From: an uncultured Candidatus Saccharibacteria bacterium
GTDB lineage: Bacteria; Patescibacteriota; Minisyncoccia; Phycocordibacterales; UBA2100
NCBI GenBank assembly: GCA_964399865.1
Contig: CAYNRJ010000001.1
Span: forward strand, 266,050-330,049
Length of the DNA: 64,000 bases
Direction: 5' to 3'
Positions 17,508 through 26,450 of this stretch are shown here, piece by piece. Both the position numbers and the translations under genes were made by a program. The stretch's first letter is position 1. Each line of letters opens with the position of its first letter. The notes beneath the pieces were generated by a model, which had not been told where the DNA came from, did no database searches, and saw only the letters and a program-made list of their open reading frames with translations.

Positions 17508-18695
17508 TTAACCAGATAATTGGCGATATTTTGTAATACTGCTCACAAGAACCTCTGAGGTTCTCAAAATATCCGATTTTGTCGTATCTTTTCCGAGAGA
17601 GAACCGAAGCGTATTACGTGCTCGCCATTCTTCCCCTCCTAGCGCGGCCACCACATGAGAAGAGCCTTCCGCAGATCTGCAGGCGCTCTTTGTGGATATC
17701 GCGATCCCGTCGTGATCAAGCGCAAGCGTTATATACTCGCTCGAGATATCTGGTATCGAGATATTGAGCATGTGCGGAAGTGTATGTTTTAGATTTCCGT
17801 TTACCAAAAGCTTCGGAATGGCTTTCTCTAATTCTTTGACGAGGAGATCTCGTAATTCTTTAAGACGAGTACTCTCATTTTTTCGATCGATCGAAATCAA
17901 TTCCAAAGCTTTCGCGATTCCCGCTGCGGGCACTACATTTTCTGTTCCCGCTCGAAGTCCTTTTTCCTGACTCCCCCCAAAAAGTATTGGCAAGAGAGAG
18001 TCCGGCGCTTCAACGTACAGTACACCGCACGACCGCGGACCGTATAATTTTCCACCGCCGAGTGAAAGTAAATCCACACCGAGCGTGTGCACTTGAGGAG
18101 AAAGATAGAGTGGTGCTTGTCCCGCGTCGCTGTGAAAGAGAATCGTCTGCCCTGCCCTCTTCCCATGAACTACTCGTGCAAGATCTGAGAGTGGCTGTAG
18201 TACCCCTATCTCATTATTCGCCCAACCGATAGAAACAAAAACCGTTTCGGGTCGAATTGCACGAGAAAGTATGTCGGCCGAAAATCTACCATCTGCATCT
18301 GGATCGATGAAGGTTACGCTTCCTCCCATCTTTTCAATTTCAGAAAAACATTCGAGAACTGAATCGTGCTCGATGGAACTTACAATCCAGTGAGTGCTAT
18401 CGATCTTACGGCCCGCTGCTTCCAATTTTCGCGCGTGACCCAAGATGGCAAGATTATTACTCTCGGTAAGACCTGAGGTAAAAATAATCTGTCGTGATTT
18501 GCACCCTAGTTCCAGAGCAACAGCATCACGCGCAGCCTCTAAGGTCTTCTTCGCCTCGACACCTTCTTTATGTATCCCTCCTGGATTTGCGAATGATTCC
18601 TCAGCTCTGCCCATCGCACGGAGGACTTCCGGTAAGATCGGCGTCGCGCTCGAGTGGTCGAGATATACCCTCCTCTTCCTAAAGAAACCAAACAT
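17508..18695 (-). CDS. cysteine desulfurase (class V aminotransferase; IscS/NifS/SufS-like)
   Basis: MFGFFRKRRVYLDHSSATPILPEV start, a PLP Lys region and an active-site Cys loop (STKSACRSAEGSSHV). The start was chosen at MFGFF (18695) rather than 18752. Confidence 0.8.
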   Translation of the reverse strand: MFGFFRKRRVYLDHSSATPILPEVLRAMGRAEESFANPGGIHKEGVEAKKTLEAARDAVALELGCKSRQIIFTSGLTESNNLAILGHARKLEAAGRKIDSTHWIVSSIEHDSVLECFSEIEKMGGSVTFIDPDADGRFSADILSRAIRPETVFVSIGWANNEIGVLQPLSDLARVVHGKRAGQTILFHSDAGQAPLYLSPQVHTLGVDLLSLGGGKLYGPRSCGVLYVEAPDSLLPILFGGSQEKGLRAGTENVVPAAGIAKALELISIDRKNESTRLKELRDLLVKELEKAIPKLLVNGNLKHTLPHMLNISIPDISSEYITLALDHDGIAISTKSACRSAEGSSHVVAALGGEEWRARNTLRFSLGKDTTKSDILRTSEVLVSSITKYRQLSG

Positions 18696-18769
18696 AGGGC
18701 CATTGTAGGGGCATAGGAGACTATTGGCTAGAGCGACTCTCAATCGGTCCATAGAAGCCGAAAGTGGGA

Positions 18770-18835
18770 GGCATCCCGCGGCGGTATTTCGGCGGAGGAG
18801 TGGCTCAAACCACCGAAATACCGCCGCGGGATGCC
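18770..18835. repeat. long near-perfect inverted repeat (23-bp perfect stem ggcatcccgcggcggtatttcgg / ccgaaataccgccgcgggatgcc, loop about 14 nt) in the divergent promoter region between the cysteine desulfurase and infB
   Basis: Read directly from the sequence. Confidence 0.45.
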
Positions 18836-18927
18836 TAAAGCGAAATACATAAATGTACCCTAGTACTCACCCCCTTTTTATCGTATACTGCGCGGCGAAA
18901 CTGCCTCTATGGCAACAAAACACACAT

Positions 18928-20439
18928 ATGGCAAGAGTTCCTACTTTCATCGAGCGTCCTCCTATAGTTGCCGTTCTCGGACACGTTGACCATGGAAAGT
19001 CGACTCTTCTCGACTTCATAAGAAAATCTAATACCGTCGACAAAGAAGCTGGAGGTATCACTCAGCACGTCGCTGCATACGAAGCTGTTCGCGAAAAGGA
19101 CGGTGTGGAGAAGCACATTACGTTCATCGATACTCCGGGACACGCGGCGTTCGCTGCGATCCGTGCACGCGGGGCAAACGTCGCTGACATCGCGATCCTC
19201 GTCGTCGCAGCTGACGATGGGGTCAAGCCACAGACCCTTGAGGCTTTGAAAAGTATTAAGGAGGCTGATATTCCCTTCGTCGTTGCGTTCAACAAAATCG
19301 ATAAGCCAGAGGCAAATCTTGAGCGTGCGCAAGCATCTCTCATGGAAAAAGGAGTGTATTTGGAAAATCTTGGAGGCGATGTGCCATGGGCTGCTATTTC
19401 TGCGAAAAGTGGTCAGGGCGTAAGCGATCTCCTTGATCTCATTCTTCTCGTCGCGGAAGTCACAGAGTTGAAAGGCGACCCAGTCGTACCAGGCTCTGGA
19501 TACGTCATCGAAACTCACCGCGACACGAAACGTGGCATCGCAGCCACCCTCATCGTCACCAATGGAACATTAAAGTCTGGCTCCGCAGTGCTCGCCGGGA
19601 ATGCAATCGCACCGGTGCGAATAATGGAAAGTACGGCGGGCAAATCTCTCCGCGAGGCTTCCCTATCGACTCCGGTCCAACTTATTGGATTCGATGCCCT
19701 ACCACAGGTGGGTACGGAATTTCATGCGTTCAAAAACAAAAAGGATGCCGAGGAAGCACGTGCAGAAATGCCTGTCGTAGCCCCTATTCCAGAAGCACAA
19801 GTGAAAACTGAAGACGGAGAAAAAGCCGAGCACTATTACCTTCCCGTGATTTTGCGAGCGGATACCACGGGTTCCCTCGAGGCCGTGGCCCACGAAGCAG
19901 CTCGTATCGGCGACGAGCACTCCTCGGTCCGCATCGTACTCTCCGGCATCGGCAATATCTCAGAGAACGACATTAAGAGTGCCATCGCGGGTGACGTCCA
20001 TGCAGCAATCATCGGATTCAATGTGAAAGTCGACGTTATTGCAGAAACCATGGCGAGACAGAATTCCATCCCTGTAGAAACTTTCCAGATCATTTACAAA
20101 CTCACAGAACGTCTAGAAGAACTTCTCCAGGAGTCCCGTCCAAAGCGCGTAGTCGAGGAAGTTACAGGTCGCGTAAAGATCTTGAAGCAATTCTCGAGTC
20201 GGAAAGACTCCCACGTGGTCGGCGGATCCGTCATCGAAGGATATTTGGCTCGGGGAGCTGCCGTACGTGTGCTCCGTCGCACCGCACTCCTTGGCGTTGG
20301 TAAGGTTAAGAACTTACAAGCTCATAAAAAAGATACCGACCGCGTAGAAACCAAATCTGAATTCGGAGCACAAATTGAGGCACCCTTTGAGATCGCCGCA
20401 GGCGATGTGTTAGAAGCATTCGTAAAGAAAGAACTCTAA
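18928..20439 (+). CDS. infB: translation initiation factor IF-2 (short form)
   Basis: G-domain start VAVLGHVDHGKSTLLD, then DTPGH and NKID motifs and the C-terminal beta-barrel domains. The start was set at MARVP (18928). Confidence 0.85.
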   Translation: MARVPTFIERPPIVAVLGHVDHGKSTLLDFIRKSNTVDKEAGGITQHVAAYEAVREKDGVEKHITFIDTPGHAAFAAIRARGANVADIAILVVAADDGVKPQTLEALKSIKEADIPFVVAFNKIDKPEANLERAQASLMEKGVYLENLGGDVPWAAISAKSGQGVSDLLDLILLVAEVTELKGDPVVPGSGYVIETHRDTKRGIAATLIVTNGTLKSGSAVLAGNAIAPVRIMESTAGKSLREASLSTPVQLIGFDALPQVGTEFHAFKNKKDAEEARAEMPVVAPIPEAQVKTEDGEKAEHYYLPVILRADTTGSLEAVAHEAARIGDEHSSVRIVLSGIGNISENDIKSAIAGDVHAAIIGFNVKVDVIAETMARQNSIPVETFQIIYKLTERLEELLQESRPKRVVEEVTGRVKILKQFSSRKDSHVVGGSVIEGYLARGAAVRVLRRTALLGVGKVKNLQAHKKDTDRVETKSEFGAQIEAPFEIAAGDVLEAFVKKEL

Positions 20440-20443
20440 AACC

Positions 20444-20776
20444 ATGACGTCCCGCCGCGAAGTTCAAGTTGGAGAAACAATCGCCCACCTCGCGGCAGAC
20501 TTTTTCGCACGCGAATCGAATTCTCAGTCACTTATTACGGTTACTCGGGCGGATACCTCAGCTGATTTAAAGAATATCGTAGTGTACTTTACTGTGTTAC
20601 CGGAGAAATTCGAGGAGCCCGTTCTTGCGTTCGCAAAGCGAAATCGTACGGATTTTCGTGAGTACGTAAAAAAGCATAGCGCTCTGCAGCATGTGCCCAC
20701 CTTGGACTTCGAGATCGATTACGGAGAGAAGAATCGCCAACGCATTGACGACCTCACACGAGGCGACAAGAAGTGA
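20444..20776 (+). CDS. rbfA: ribosome-binding factor A
   Basis: Lies immediately downstream of infB. RbfA-like KH fold, 110 aa. Confidence 0.75.
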   Translation: MTSRREVQVGETIAHLAADFFARESNSQSLITVTRADTSADLKNIVVYFTVLPEKFEEPVLAFAKRNRTDFREYVKKHSALQHVPTLDFEIDYGEKNRQRIDDLTRGDKK

Positions 20777-20887
20777 TATATTGAGCCGCACGGCCACTGA
20801 GGCGATGGAGAATGACGCCCACGCGGCCGGCCTGCTCTACAGTTTTCTGGCGTTATGGGTGGGCAGAGTAGTTTGAAGGTATCGAAT

Positions 20888-20960
20888 GGCCACATGGCGA
20901 AGTAGCAACGCGACGGTCTGCAAAACCGTTATTGGGTGGGTGCAACTCCCACTGTGGCCT
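20888..20960 (+). tRNA. tRNA-Cys (anticodon GCA), with an atypical T-loop TGCAACT and a 3-bp D-stem
   Basis: Acceptor GGCCACA/TGTGGCC, anticodon stem-loop ACGGT-CTGCAAA-ACCGT, discriminator U as is usual for Cys. The T-loop lacks the canonical TTCRA. Confidence 0.55.
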
Positions 20961-20996
20961 CAAGTCCCTAAGTGCATATCGCCTCTGAGGGACGAC

Positions 20997-21079
20997 GCCG
21001 GGGTGGCGGAATGGTTTACGCGGAAGACTTAAAATCTTTGACCCGAAAGGGTTTGTGGGTTCGAGTCCCACCCCCGGCA
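20997..21079 (+). tRNA. tRNA-Leu (anticodon TAA)
   Basis: Acceptor GCCGGGG/CCCCGGC, anticodon loop CTTAAAA, long variable arm, T-arm GTGGG-TTCGAGT-CCCAC. Confidence 0.8.
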
Positions 21080-21143
21080 CAAGTCCCACTGAAACAGTGA
21101 GCCACCCTTACTAAATCGTAAAAAATGGGTACAATCCCCTAAA

Positions 21144-21214
21144 CCCCTCATAGCTTAATGGTAAAGCAGTTGCCTCTTAAGCAATTGACCTAGGTTCGAT
21201 TCCTAGTGGGGGGA
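21144..21214 (+). tRNA. tRNA-Lys (anticodon CTT)
   Basis: Acceptor CCCCTCA/TGGGGGG (one G-U pair), anticodon stem-loop GTTGC-CTCTTAA-GCAAT, T-arm CTAGG-TTCGATT-CCTAG. Confidence 0.7.
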
Positions 21215-21224
21215 CTAGATAAGT

Positions 21225-22739
21225 TTGCGGTGGCTCAACATAGTGTATTCTTGGGCGATGCGTTTTGTATTACCCATCGTGGTGTTTATCTCGGGCTCCG
21301 TCGTGATGATCCTTGAGCTCGCGGCATCGCGGATCATCGCACCATACCTTGGAACTTCGGTCATCATTTGGACAAGTCTTATAGGCGTTATCCTCGCAGC
21401 CTTATCCTTCGGCTATTTTATGGGAGGTAGGATCGCGGACAAATATCCTTCCCCTGCCACTCTCGCACTTATCCTTGGAGGGGCGGGTGCATCGATCGCA
21501 GTCAGTTCTTATTTTCAATGGATCTTGCAGATATTTGCACTGCTTTCCAACTTACAGATGGCAGCGATGCTCAGTCTATTTTTACTCTTCGGCCCAACAA
21601 CGATCCTTCTGGGGATGATAAGTCCTCTCGCGGTCAAACTCTCTCTTACCGACGTTATGAAAAGCGGTAGGACGGTCGGTAACCTGTATGCCATTTCAAA
21701 CACCGGATCGATCATTGGGACTTTTCTCGGTGGCTTTATCCTTATTTCATTCTTTGGAAGCTCGCGTATTTTGTCTTTACTCTCCTTGACGCTCATTACC
21801 CTATCAGTGATCGTCGTTCTCACCTGGCGTCTCCAACTTAAGCATTCCCTTTATATTATCGGAGCACTTGTGTCGATAGGCGGGTTTTTCGCGCCAAACG
21901 GGCTCGCTTTATCTTACTACGATACACTAGTCGCCGACGTGGATACTCAATACAGTCGTACTTGGATATACGATCGCGAGTGGGAATCCGGTCGAACCGT
22001 CCGGACCATGACGAACGATGTCGGAGGCTCACAATCTGCACAGTATCTTGATAACGCATCGGAACTCGTGTTTGCATACACGCGCATGTATGACGACCTA
22101 TCCTTAGCACTTCATCCTGATGCAAAACATGCACTAATGATCGGTGGATCAGCCTATACATACCCCCGACATTTCGTTGCGAGTTCGCAGGACCGCACGA
22201 TGACGGTAATTGAGATTGATCCGATGATAACTGAACTTGCCCAAAAATATTTCGGTCTTACCGAGGACCCAAATCTAACAATCATTCACGAGGATGGGCG
22301 GATATTCCTCAATAAAAACAATCAAAAATTCGATCTTATTTTTGTCGATGCATTTTCGTCGCAATTATCTATCCCCTTTCATCTGACCACACGAGAGGCC
22401 GTGTCGCGTATCTCGGAAGGCCTAACGGACGAGGGGCTGGTACTAGTTAATATAATCTCTGCGCTTGAGGGATCGCGAAGTGGGTTTCTTTCTGCAGCAT
22501 ATGCGACTTACGCAAGTGCATTTCCCTATGTTTCTCTCTACCGCATACAAGATAGAGGATCCGAGGAAAGGCAGAATATAATACTCGTCGCCTCGAAATC
22601 TCCTCTTATGCATAATAATACCCATCCAGACTCGAGATCCATCTCGACTGCTGAGCTCAAGTTTACTCCTACACCACTCCACGTACTTACCGATGATTTC
22701 GCTCCCGTTGAAAGATATACGGCGTTACTCCAGTTTTAA
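21225..22739 (+). CDS. fused multi-TM domain plus spermidine-synthase-like (polyamine aminopropyltransferase fold) protein
   Basis: About 200 aa of TM helices are followed by a SpeE-like SAM Rossmann region (ALMIGGSAYTYPRHF, DLIFVDAFSS). Confidence 0.6.
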   Translation: MRWLNIVYSWAMRFVLPIVVFISGSVVMILELAASRIIAPYLGTSVIIWTSLIGVILAALSFGYFMGGRIADKYPSPATLALILGGAGASIAVSSYFQWILQIFALLSNLQMAAMLSLFLLFGPTTILLGMISPLAVKLSLTDVMKSGRTVGNLYAISNTGSIIGTFLGGFILISFFGSSRILSLLSLTLITLSVIVVLTWRLQLKHSLYIIGALVSIGGFFAPNGLALSYYDTLVADVDTQYSRTWIYDREWESGRTVRTMTNDVGGSQSAQYLDNASELVFAYTRMYDDLSLALHPDAKHALMIGGSAYTYPRHFVASSQDRTMTVIEIDPMITELAQKYFGLTEDPNLTIIHEDGRIFLNKNNQKFDLIFVDAFSSQLSIPFHLTTREAVSRISEGLTDEGLVLVNIISALEGSRSGFLSAAYATYASAFPYVSLYRIQDRGSEERQNIILVASKSPLMHNNTHPDSRSISTAELKFTPTPLHVLTDDFAPVERYTALLQF

Positions 22740-22773
22740 GGAAACGGTATCGCATGTATAGTAGAGAGGCGTT

Positions 22774-22858
22774 GGGCAGATGGCGGAATTGGTATACGCG
22801 CTAGCCTTAGGAGCTAGTCCCGCAAGGGTTGGGAGTTCGAGTCTCCCTCTGCCCACCA
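22774..22858 (+). tRNA. tRNA-Leu (anticodon TAG), CCA encoded
   Basis: Acceptor GGGCAGA/TCTGCCC, anticodon loop CTTAGGA, long variable arm, T-arm TGGGAGTTCGAGTCTCCC (7-bp stem), ends ACCA. Confidence 0.8.
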
Positions 22859-23685
22859 TGGAGTTCAAATACTTCTCAAAAGACGGCGCTGTCTTTCCTG
22901 TTTCTGATGCTGTCATTCCAATTTCCAATATCGAGTACTCATATGGATTTGGAGTATACGAAACGATTCGGGTAACAAATGGAGTGCCTTACTTTCTTAA
23001 GGATCATTTGGAGCGCCTCTTGAGTTCGGCGCAGATCATAGATCTTGAGCATCCCTATTCGGAGGATTTCGTGACACGCGCTATTCAGGAACTTATTCAG
23101 AAGAATCAGGTTGATACGTGCAACCTCAAGATTCTACTAATTGGAGGCACGGAAAGAGAGAGGGCGGCGTTATACATTCTATGCCTTAACCCTCTCTTCC
23201 CAGATAAGAAACTGTATCGTGACGGAGCACACTGTATAACCTACGAATATGAACGTATCTTCCCTCACGCGAAAACTCTCAATATGCTGGGAAGTTATAT
23301 CGCGTACCGAAAAGCAAAACGCGAAGGCGCGTACGATGCGATCCTCGTTGATCGAAATGGATGTATTACAGAAGGAACGAGGACAAACTTTTTTTGTATC
23401 CAAGACAAAGTACTGATCTCCCCTCCCTCGCAAAAGATATTGCCAGGAGTTACGCGAAAGGTCCTCGAAAAAGTGGCTTCAGAAAATGGATACACGCTCG
23501 AGGAACGAGATATATCGCTCGCCGATGCACAAAAGTACGACGGTGCGTTCTTGACGAGTACTTCAACAAAAATCTTACCCATTCAAAAAATCGACTCTAT
23601 TACAATTAAGGGACCGAGTTCCCCACTCCAGGAACTTATGCGACAGTTCGATATGTTTGTGGAAAAAAGCGCCGGTATTTTGTAG
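22858..23685 (+). CDS. class IV PLP aminotransferase (branched-chain/D-amino-acid aminotransferase family)
   Basis: Fold-type IV motifs (YGFGVYETIR, EGTRTNFFCI, ILPGVTRK). The start ATG overlaps the last base of the tRNA. Confidence 0.7.
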   Translation: MEFKYFSKDGAVFPVSDAVIPISNIEYSYGFGVYETIRVTNGVPYFLKDHLERLLSSAQIIDLEHPYSEDFVTRAIQELIQKNQVDTCNLKILLIGGTERERAALYILCLNPLFPDKKLYRDGAHCITYEYERIFPHAKTLNMLGSYIAYRKAKREGAYDAILVDRNGCITEGTRTNFFCIQDKVLISPPSQKILPGVTRKVLEKVASENGYTLEERDISLADAQKYDGAFLTSTSTKILPIQKIDSITIKGPSSPLQELMRQFDMFVEKSAGIL

Positions 23686-23721
23686 CGCTAGTCAGCATAG
23701 TGACGCCTCAACTGAGAGGCT

Positions 23722-24033
23722 TTACTCTCCTAGGAATGGAGCGTCGTTAATACGGCTCATATCTGGCTTATATGTACCGTCTTCACGGAGGCCAAGATCA
23801 AAAGTATTACTTATGAGCATCAGGATTGCCCAGAATGAGACCATCACTAGCATTCCCACAACTCCCCATATCATGTGCTGGATTCCCTCATTTCTACTTG
23901 CCCCCTCATCTAGTTTCCAAAGAAATTGAACTAGCCCCCACATAAACAGGAAAAAGCCTGTCGCAAAGACAAGATACATTGCTGGTGTAATTATAAAATC
24001 GACAAACCTACCCAGAAGTACTGTCGGCTCCAT
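23722..24033 (-). CDS. small 2-TM protein, member of the pilin-like paralog array (no signal peptide)
   Basis: MWGLVQFLWKLDEGASRNEGIQHMIWGVVGMLVMVSFWAI shares the WG...G..K/E..I.WG...LFVMVS.WG core with its neighbours. Confidence 0.5.
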   Translation of the reverse strand: MEPTVLLGRFVDFIITPAMYLVFATGFFLFMWGLVQFLWKLDEGASRNEGIQHMIWGVVGMLVMVSFWAILMLISNTFDLGLREDGTYKPDMSRINDAPFLGE

Positions 24034-24097
24034 ATTTTATTTCAGATCTTTATCGACTCATCATATCGAAACATGCCGATTTTGAGTATCCTAGGTC

Positions 24098-24511
24098 CTA
24101 ATACTCCGTAGTACAGTCCTCATCAGCGCCACCATCGCAATACTCTACACCTCCTACACCTCCGTAATTCACACTTGGAATCGTGATGGTTGTCTCATCA
24201 ACACCGAAGGTATTTTGGATAAGTTTGACGATTCCCCAAATCGATACCATGACAAAGAGAGCAATAGCGCCCCAAAACATTATCTTCAAACCATCCGACG
24301 AACCTTCGGAGCCTGCTCCCCATAGGTACTTGATGAGACCCCAGAAGAAGACCACTAGGCCGAGCGTGATGAGAAGCGCGATGAGCCCATTTAGAAGACT
24401 GCCTATTGTCCCAAGTATGGTTCCGAACGTACTGTCCCCGTCCGCTGCCAAAGCAGCACTCGGCAACAACAAACAGACGAGAGCGAGTGAGAATAGGGCT
24501 GATGTACGCAT
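24098..24511 (-). CDS. TrbC/VirB2-like (T4SS pilin-like) small protein: signal peptide plus two TM helices
   Basis: MRTSALFSLALVCLLLPSAALA signal peptide, then FFWGLIKYLWGAGSEGSSDGLKIMFWGAIALFVMVSIWGIV and a Gly/Cys-rich tail. Confidence 0.55.
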   Translation of the reverse strand: MRTSALFSLALVCLLLPSAALAADGDSTFGTILGTIGSLLNGLIALLITLGLVVFFWGLIKYLWGAGSEGSSDGLKIMFWGAIALFVMVSIWGIVKLIQNTFGVDETTITIPSVNYGGVGGVEYCDGGADEDCTTEY

Positions 24512-24634
24512 ACGGATTTTAAAGTGTAATTAGTTTATCCTGTGTATTAGTAGTATCTCTATGGTATCGGACTCCTTAGAAAATACAACGCCCATAGGCA
24601 ATATCTGTGGACAATGTAGTGCCTGAGACACCTC

Positions 24635-24964
24635 TTAATGCTCTCCTCCTTCTTCCTTCTTTGGGGCTGAGAAGGTCCTCATAACAAAGACGGCGACAGA
24701 GACGAGGATAATAATCGCAAGAATGGCACTCGTTATCTTCGGGTAGCGCTCAAAATACTGCACGATCCCCATAATTACAACGAGGACAAAGAGAATGGCC
24801 ACCGCCCACTCCATTACTTTAATACTTGAATCCCGGTAGCTCGGCCATGTGCCGAGGCGTGGAAAATAACTCGCAAGCCCACCCGCAAACACGAGAATCG
24901 CCACGGTCAGCATGATGCCTGTGAAAAGATTGAAGATTTCAGCGATTTGAACGAAGGTGACCAT
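24635..24964 (-). CDS. small 3-TM membrane protein within the array (divergent from the other members)
   Basis: Hydrophobic 109-aa ORF with an acidic C-terminal tail. Confidence 0.4.
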   Translation of the reverse strand: MVTFVQIAEIFNLFTGIMLTVAILVFAGGLASYFPRLGTWPSYRDSSIKVMEWAVAILFVLVVIMGIVQYFERYPKITSAILAIIILVSVAVFVMRTFSAPKKEEGGEH

Positions 24965-24979
24965 GTTCTTGTGGCTACA

Positions 24980-25297
24980 TTATGACCCAAAAAGAGTGCG
25001 CTGAAGGATCGCTACTATGCCCCAGATCGAAACCATGACAAAAAGTGCGACGATGCCCCAGAGAAAGTACGCTTTTCGTTTATCCGCATCTTCTTGGAGC
25101 TTCCCCATACCTGCAGTCATGCCCCAGAAATACACTACGACACCGAGGGTGAGGAGCAGTGCCGTCGCGACATTCAAAAATCCTACCAGATTCGCAACTA
25201 GCTCTGAGAAATTACGAGGTGCACGTGCCACATCTGCTGCTGCGGCAATTCCAGGCATCGATAGAAAAGCGAGAGCGCAAAGCATGAGGAACTTCAT
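24980..25297 (-). CDS. TrbC/VirB2-like small protein (paralog)
   Basis: Signal peptide, then VVYFWGMTAGMGKLQEDADKRKAYFLWGIVALFVMVSIWGIV. Confidence 0.55.
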   Translation of the reverse strand: MKFLMLCALAFLSMPGIAAAADVARAPRNFSELVANLVGFLNVATALLLTLGVVVYFWGMTAGMGKLQEDADKRKAYFLWGIVALFVMVSIWGIVAILQRTLFGS

Positions 25298-25387
25298 ACG
25301 AGATACTGTAACACACTACCCCCCGAGTCTTTTTGACGCGGAGGGTAGTGAAGAGTTATAGATATAACGCTATAAGATGAGCTGTTA

Positions 25388-25849
25388 TTAGCAGCCCTCG
25401 ATACCCGGATCAGTTTCGCATTCAGCCGCAGTTGGCCCATCCGCGCCAGCACCTGCAGCAGCTCCAGCACCAGCTCCGCCGGTAACCTGCAAGTTAGCTG
25501 GGTTAACTACGTCTGAACCCCTTACGCTATCGACGTTGAGAGTTTGCTGAAGGAGCTGAACCAAACCCCAGATTGAAACCATGACAAAGAGACCGACTAT
25601 GCCCCATAGCATTATCTGGAGACCACCCTTACTGCCCTCTTCTCCTCCTATCTTAAATAGATACTTTACAAGGCCCCAGAGGAATATAACTACCGCGACC
25701 GTGAGAAGTAGTGGTATTAAAGAATTTACAATGCCGCTCAAACTAGTAACTGTTCCTGCGATACCGTCTTCGGCAAAAGTAATAAGCGGAAATGCTAACA
25801 GTAACGCAGCTAGAATCGCTCCGCTCACCGCTTGTAATTTATTGGTCAT
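25388..25849 (-). CDS. TrbC/VirB2-like small protein (paralog) with a Gly/Ala-rich Cys-containing tail
   Basis: Signal peptide, then VIFLWGLVKYLFKIGGEEGSKGGLQIMLWGIVGLFVMVSIWGLV. Confidence 0.55.
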   Translation of the reverse strand: MTNKLQAVSGAILAALLLAFPLITFAEDGIAGTVTSLSGIVNSLIPLLLTVAVVIFLWGLVKYLFKIGGEEGSKGGLQIMLWGIVGLFVMVSIWGLVQLLQQTLNVDSVRGSDVVNPANLQVTGGAGAGAAAGAGADGPTAAECETDPGIEGC

Positions 25850-25993
25850 ACAATCTTATTAATTTCGATTACCTTTAATGCGGCTCATAATAGCACTCAA
25901 TATATTCAGTCTTTTCTCATGTTTACCCCTATGTGGATAAGTAGGCCCAAGAGATCCCTCCAGGGTATAGGAGGCACCCTCAAGCGATTCCGA

Positions 25994-26437
25994 TTATATT
26001 GAGGCTATAAGCCCCTCATTGGGGATATCGAGCCAAACAGTAGGCTCGATGAGTTGGGTGACCGTCCCTCCTATAAGGGTCGCTATTACCCACGCGCCAA
26101 GTATTAATATTGATCCAATTATGACGTATAAGAAGTTACTTTTTGCCTTCTCAAGCTGACTCGAATTTCCACGTGCCGACACGAAGAGGAAGCCCGAATA
26201 TACGATAAAGATTGTGAGGATCGGGAGCGATATCATAACCATCGCCTGGAGAGCTGCTGCGATGAATTCAGGTACAGTACCAAATTTAAGAGGATTTGGT
26301 ATGCCGGCTTTCGCACCATCTGCGGCAAATGCAATTGCCGTGAAGGCAAAGAAAACGAGCGTTGTGAGGAGAAATATGGCGACAGTGCCATGCATCAACC
26401 CCAGAATTCGACGTGTCAGACCCGATGAAATTTTCAT
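25994..26437 (-). CDS. TrbC/VirB2-like small protein (paralog)
   Basis: Signal peptide/anchor, then a loop ARGNSSQLEKAKSNFLYVIIGSILILGAWVIATLIGG that resembles T4SS pilin motifs. Confidence 0.55.
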   Translation of the reverse strand: MKISSGLTRRILGLMHGTVAIFLLTTLVFFAFTAIAFAADGAKAGIPNPLKFGTVPEFIAAALQAMVMISLPILTIFIVYSGFLFVSARGNSSQLEKAKSNFLYVIIGSILILGAWVIATLIGGTVTQLIEPTVWLDIPNEGLIASI

Positions 26438-26450
26438 GATATGGGTTCTT

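Noticed and set aside
20853-21089. Minus-strand 78-aa ORF
   Set aside because: It spans the tRNA-Cys and tRNA-Leu(TAA) genes.
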